From assembly GCF_001194135.2 (NCBI RefSeq), contig NC_068991.1, positions 6,271,673 to 6,335,311 of the forward strand: a stretch of DNA of 63,639 nt, written 5' to 3'. Positions 61,246 through 63,639 of this stretch are shown here, piece after piece. The notes beneath the pieces were generated by a model that saw only the letters and a program-made list of their open reading frames with translations, was not told the origin of the DNA and made no database searches. The position numbers and the translations under genes are program-made. The stretch comes from Octopus bimaculoides. Lineage: Eukaryota. Numbering within the stretch: the first letter of the stretch is position 1; every line of letters starts with the position of its first letter.

Positions 61246-63639
61246 ACGCAAGCATGCAAGTCCCTTCAAATACAGAAGACATCTACGGATCACAAATAAA
61301 TGTTTACGAATTCAATACTTAAAGTATACTTTAAGCTTGATACTCACAAACGAAAGAGCAACCGGCTCGAATCAAAGTATAGTTTAACTCGAGTTCTTGA
61401 AGAAAGAATTTAACCCCCTTATTAATACGTTACAGATAATCTCCAGATCAAAGATCTGCAAGACCTTGAAATTTAGCAGAGGAACAGAAAAGAACATGCA
61501 AATTTACTGCCGGACAGGTGGGCCATTTAAAATAAGTTCGCACGAATAAACTCATGTGGAATAGAACTTCAAGAGAATTTCAAGAGCAGAGAAATACTTG
61601 TTGCATCCAACTTGAAGAATTTTAGTCGAATAAATCGACCCTAGTACTTAATTTTTTAAAACCTGGTACTTATTCTATACCTGTTTCTTTTGCCGAACCG
61701 CTAAGTTACGAGGAACTTCTTTAATTTTGATTTGAGCTTGAACGTCAGTGTCGGATTTCATCCTTCCATGATTTCGGATTAAATATGTTAGTTCTATCAA
61801 TTGTAAAATATATAAAATAACTTAATTGCAGACTTCTATCCTTATAAAAAACCGGAAATTTCTCGAACAGTCTATAAATACACTTGTTGCGCTGCATTTA
61901 GGCCTCTTAGGTGCTGGTAGAGTAAATTGTAGAAGCTACAACACGAGAGTAGTGGACACAAGTACGGTCATGTAATTAAGAAGTTTTTGAAACACTATCT
62001 CTATAAGAGACATTTTGATGGAATGAATGAGTGTGTGTGTACGTACGTACGCATGCTTACATAAACTTTGTTGTGGAAGTCCCTTCAAATGCAGAAGACA
62101 GCTATGGATCTCAGATGAAGGTTTACGAACTATGTGATTTCTAGTTCGAGCCTGCTGTGAACACTTTGGGTTCTGCAATAGTCTCAATTTCCTGACCAGG
62201 TGGTACGTTGTATTATTTGAGCAAAGCACTTCATTTCACGTTGCTTTGCGATCACTTCGGCATCTGATGTGTGGCACCCCGTGCACCTGTACAGACAATG
62301 TATATTTGATGGAGGGCGGGAGCTAATGTACAGCACAAACATTTATTTGATCTCTATAAACAAATCATCTATGCAGGTCGTTAAGCAAGAAGTTGCGGAA
62401 GCTTCGTCTGTCGTTTACGAAAGCAGAATCTTCTATGGTATCGAAACTTATGCCGAAGTTTGCCAGACAGTCCATGCTGTTTTAGAGTGATCATACCTAA
62501 ATCAGTCCCTGTTTTAACATCATATTGTGGCCCTTTAGCGGACTCCGTGGCAAACATTTTATGACCAGATCTTCGGTTTGAGGAAAACTTCTTCCTACTA
62601 GTTTACGAGGACTTGACTAATAGGCGTTGCCCTTCCTCCGCAAACTAGGCCATAAAAATAAATGAAAATAATAATTAAAAAATTACATGGTATACCAGTA
62701 ATGATATGACTTATTTTTTCAATTGAAGTTAACTGCATATTTGTTATATTGGATATAAAAATGCGAAGATAAATAGAGCGAACATAAAGTGATATGAACA
62801 GAAAATCCAATATCAAATACATGTAAACATGACACAGTTTTACAAAGTTTGTGCTTTCTAATGTTACTTAGCCCCACGGCTAGCCCTACAACCAAAGGCG
62901 TCCCACCTGGTCTTTTTTTTTAATATATACCATACTAGATTGTCTAATGTATGCGTCTTCATATATATCAATAACGATATGGTGTGGTCAAGGGAAATTT
63001 AGCTGCTGTTTCTAAGAACTCGAGCGACCACATAAAGGCTCGTCTAGTTCGAGTTTTCAATATAAATAAAGCAAGCAGAGAAACACCATAAACATGTGGA
63101 AGAATTTCTTGTGATATATTCACTAGCAGTGCGTGTCCTACTCGCTATAGTAACCAAGCTAAATTTCCCTAGACCACACAATATACATAGCGATTATAAT
63201 ATATACGCCTGTGTGAAATCTGTGTCGTTTATGCAGTGGCGGTAATTTTCAAATGTTAATGTCTTTTATTTATTCTGAGGTGATAAAATTCAATTTTGTA
63301 CGAAGAAGTTTTTGAGGATTTGACGATACGCCATAAAGCTAAACCCTTTATGGACGGGAAACCTAAGGTAATCCCATAGACCGGCCTTCCCCATTTTTGA
63401 TATATAATATATATGGAGTCGAGTTAGTTTCTTTATTCTAATTATCTTCTGTGGATGTACAAGTCTTCGTAACTTGCCTGAAGACCCTCAAACAAAATAG
63501 TAGCAAGAGTGGACTCGATCCATGAGAACAGAAAAAAAATTTATTAATCTTCACTATCGTATCGACTGCTCTTTTTCGTCAATAATAAACTTGTGTGTGC
63601 GCACTCAGCTTCGATCCCACCGCGCGGCACTTAGGGATT

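Noticed and set aside
62598-62822. Hydrophobic ORF as the missing PLD3 transmembrane exon
   Set aside because: I/F/Y-rich translation of AT-rich DNA, ends in a stop, no phase-2 donor leading to 59190.

Overview
AT-rich, repeat-dense metazoan genomic DNA with spliceosomal introns, many (TA)n/(TG)n/(AG)n/(AAT)n microsatellites and four N-gaps. The SINE/MITE complement looks like a coleoid cephalopod (Octopus-like); that is inference, not a database result. Three protein-coding genes lie head-to-tail on the minus strand. (1) A PLD3/PLD4-family phospholipase D/5'-exonuclease (51788-59190; eight intact exons, two HKD motifs) whose putative first coding exon (59745-59959) carries two in-frame TGA codons and a GC donor. 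(2) A ~37.5 kb PHF10/BAF45a/SAYP gene (46565 down to ~9049; 14 exons reconstructed in consistent phase, ~2130 aa) with SAY domain, double PHD finger and a 4.9-kb low-complexity second exon built on a 10-aa period. (3) The first coding exon of an unidentified gene (158-394) that continues out of the window. Introns and intergenic DNA hold several tRNA-type SINE families, RTE and CR1/L2 LINE fragments, mariner and DD37D (maT) relics, hAT- and piggyBac-type MITEs and several fold-back palindromes. No rRNA, true tRNA or CRISPR array is supported. Most notable: the stop-interrupted signal-anchor exon of the PLD3-like gene, an orphan exon inside the intron that splits PHD1 of PHF10, and the periodic giant exon. 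All exon calls were made by eye from splice signals and reading phase; repeat boundaries are approximate.
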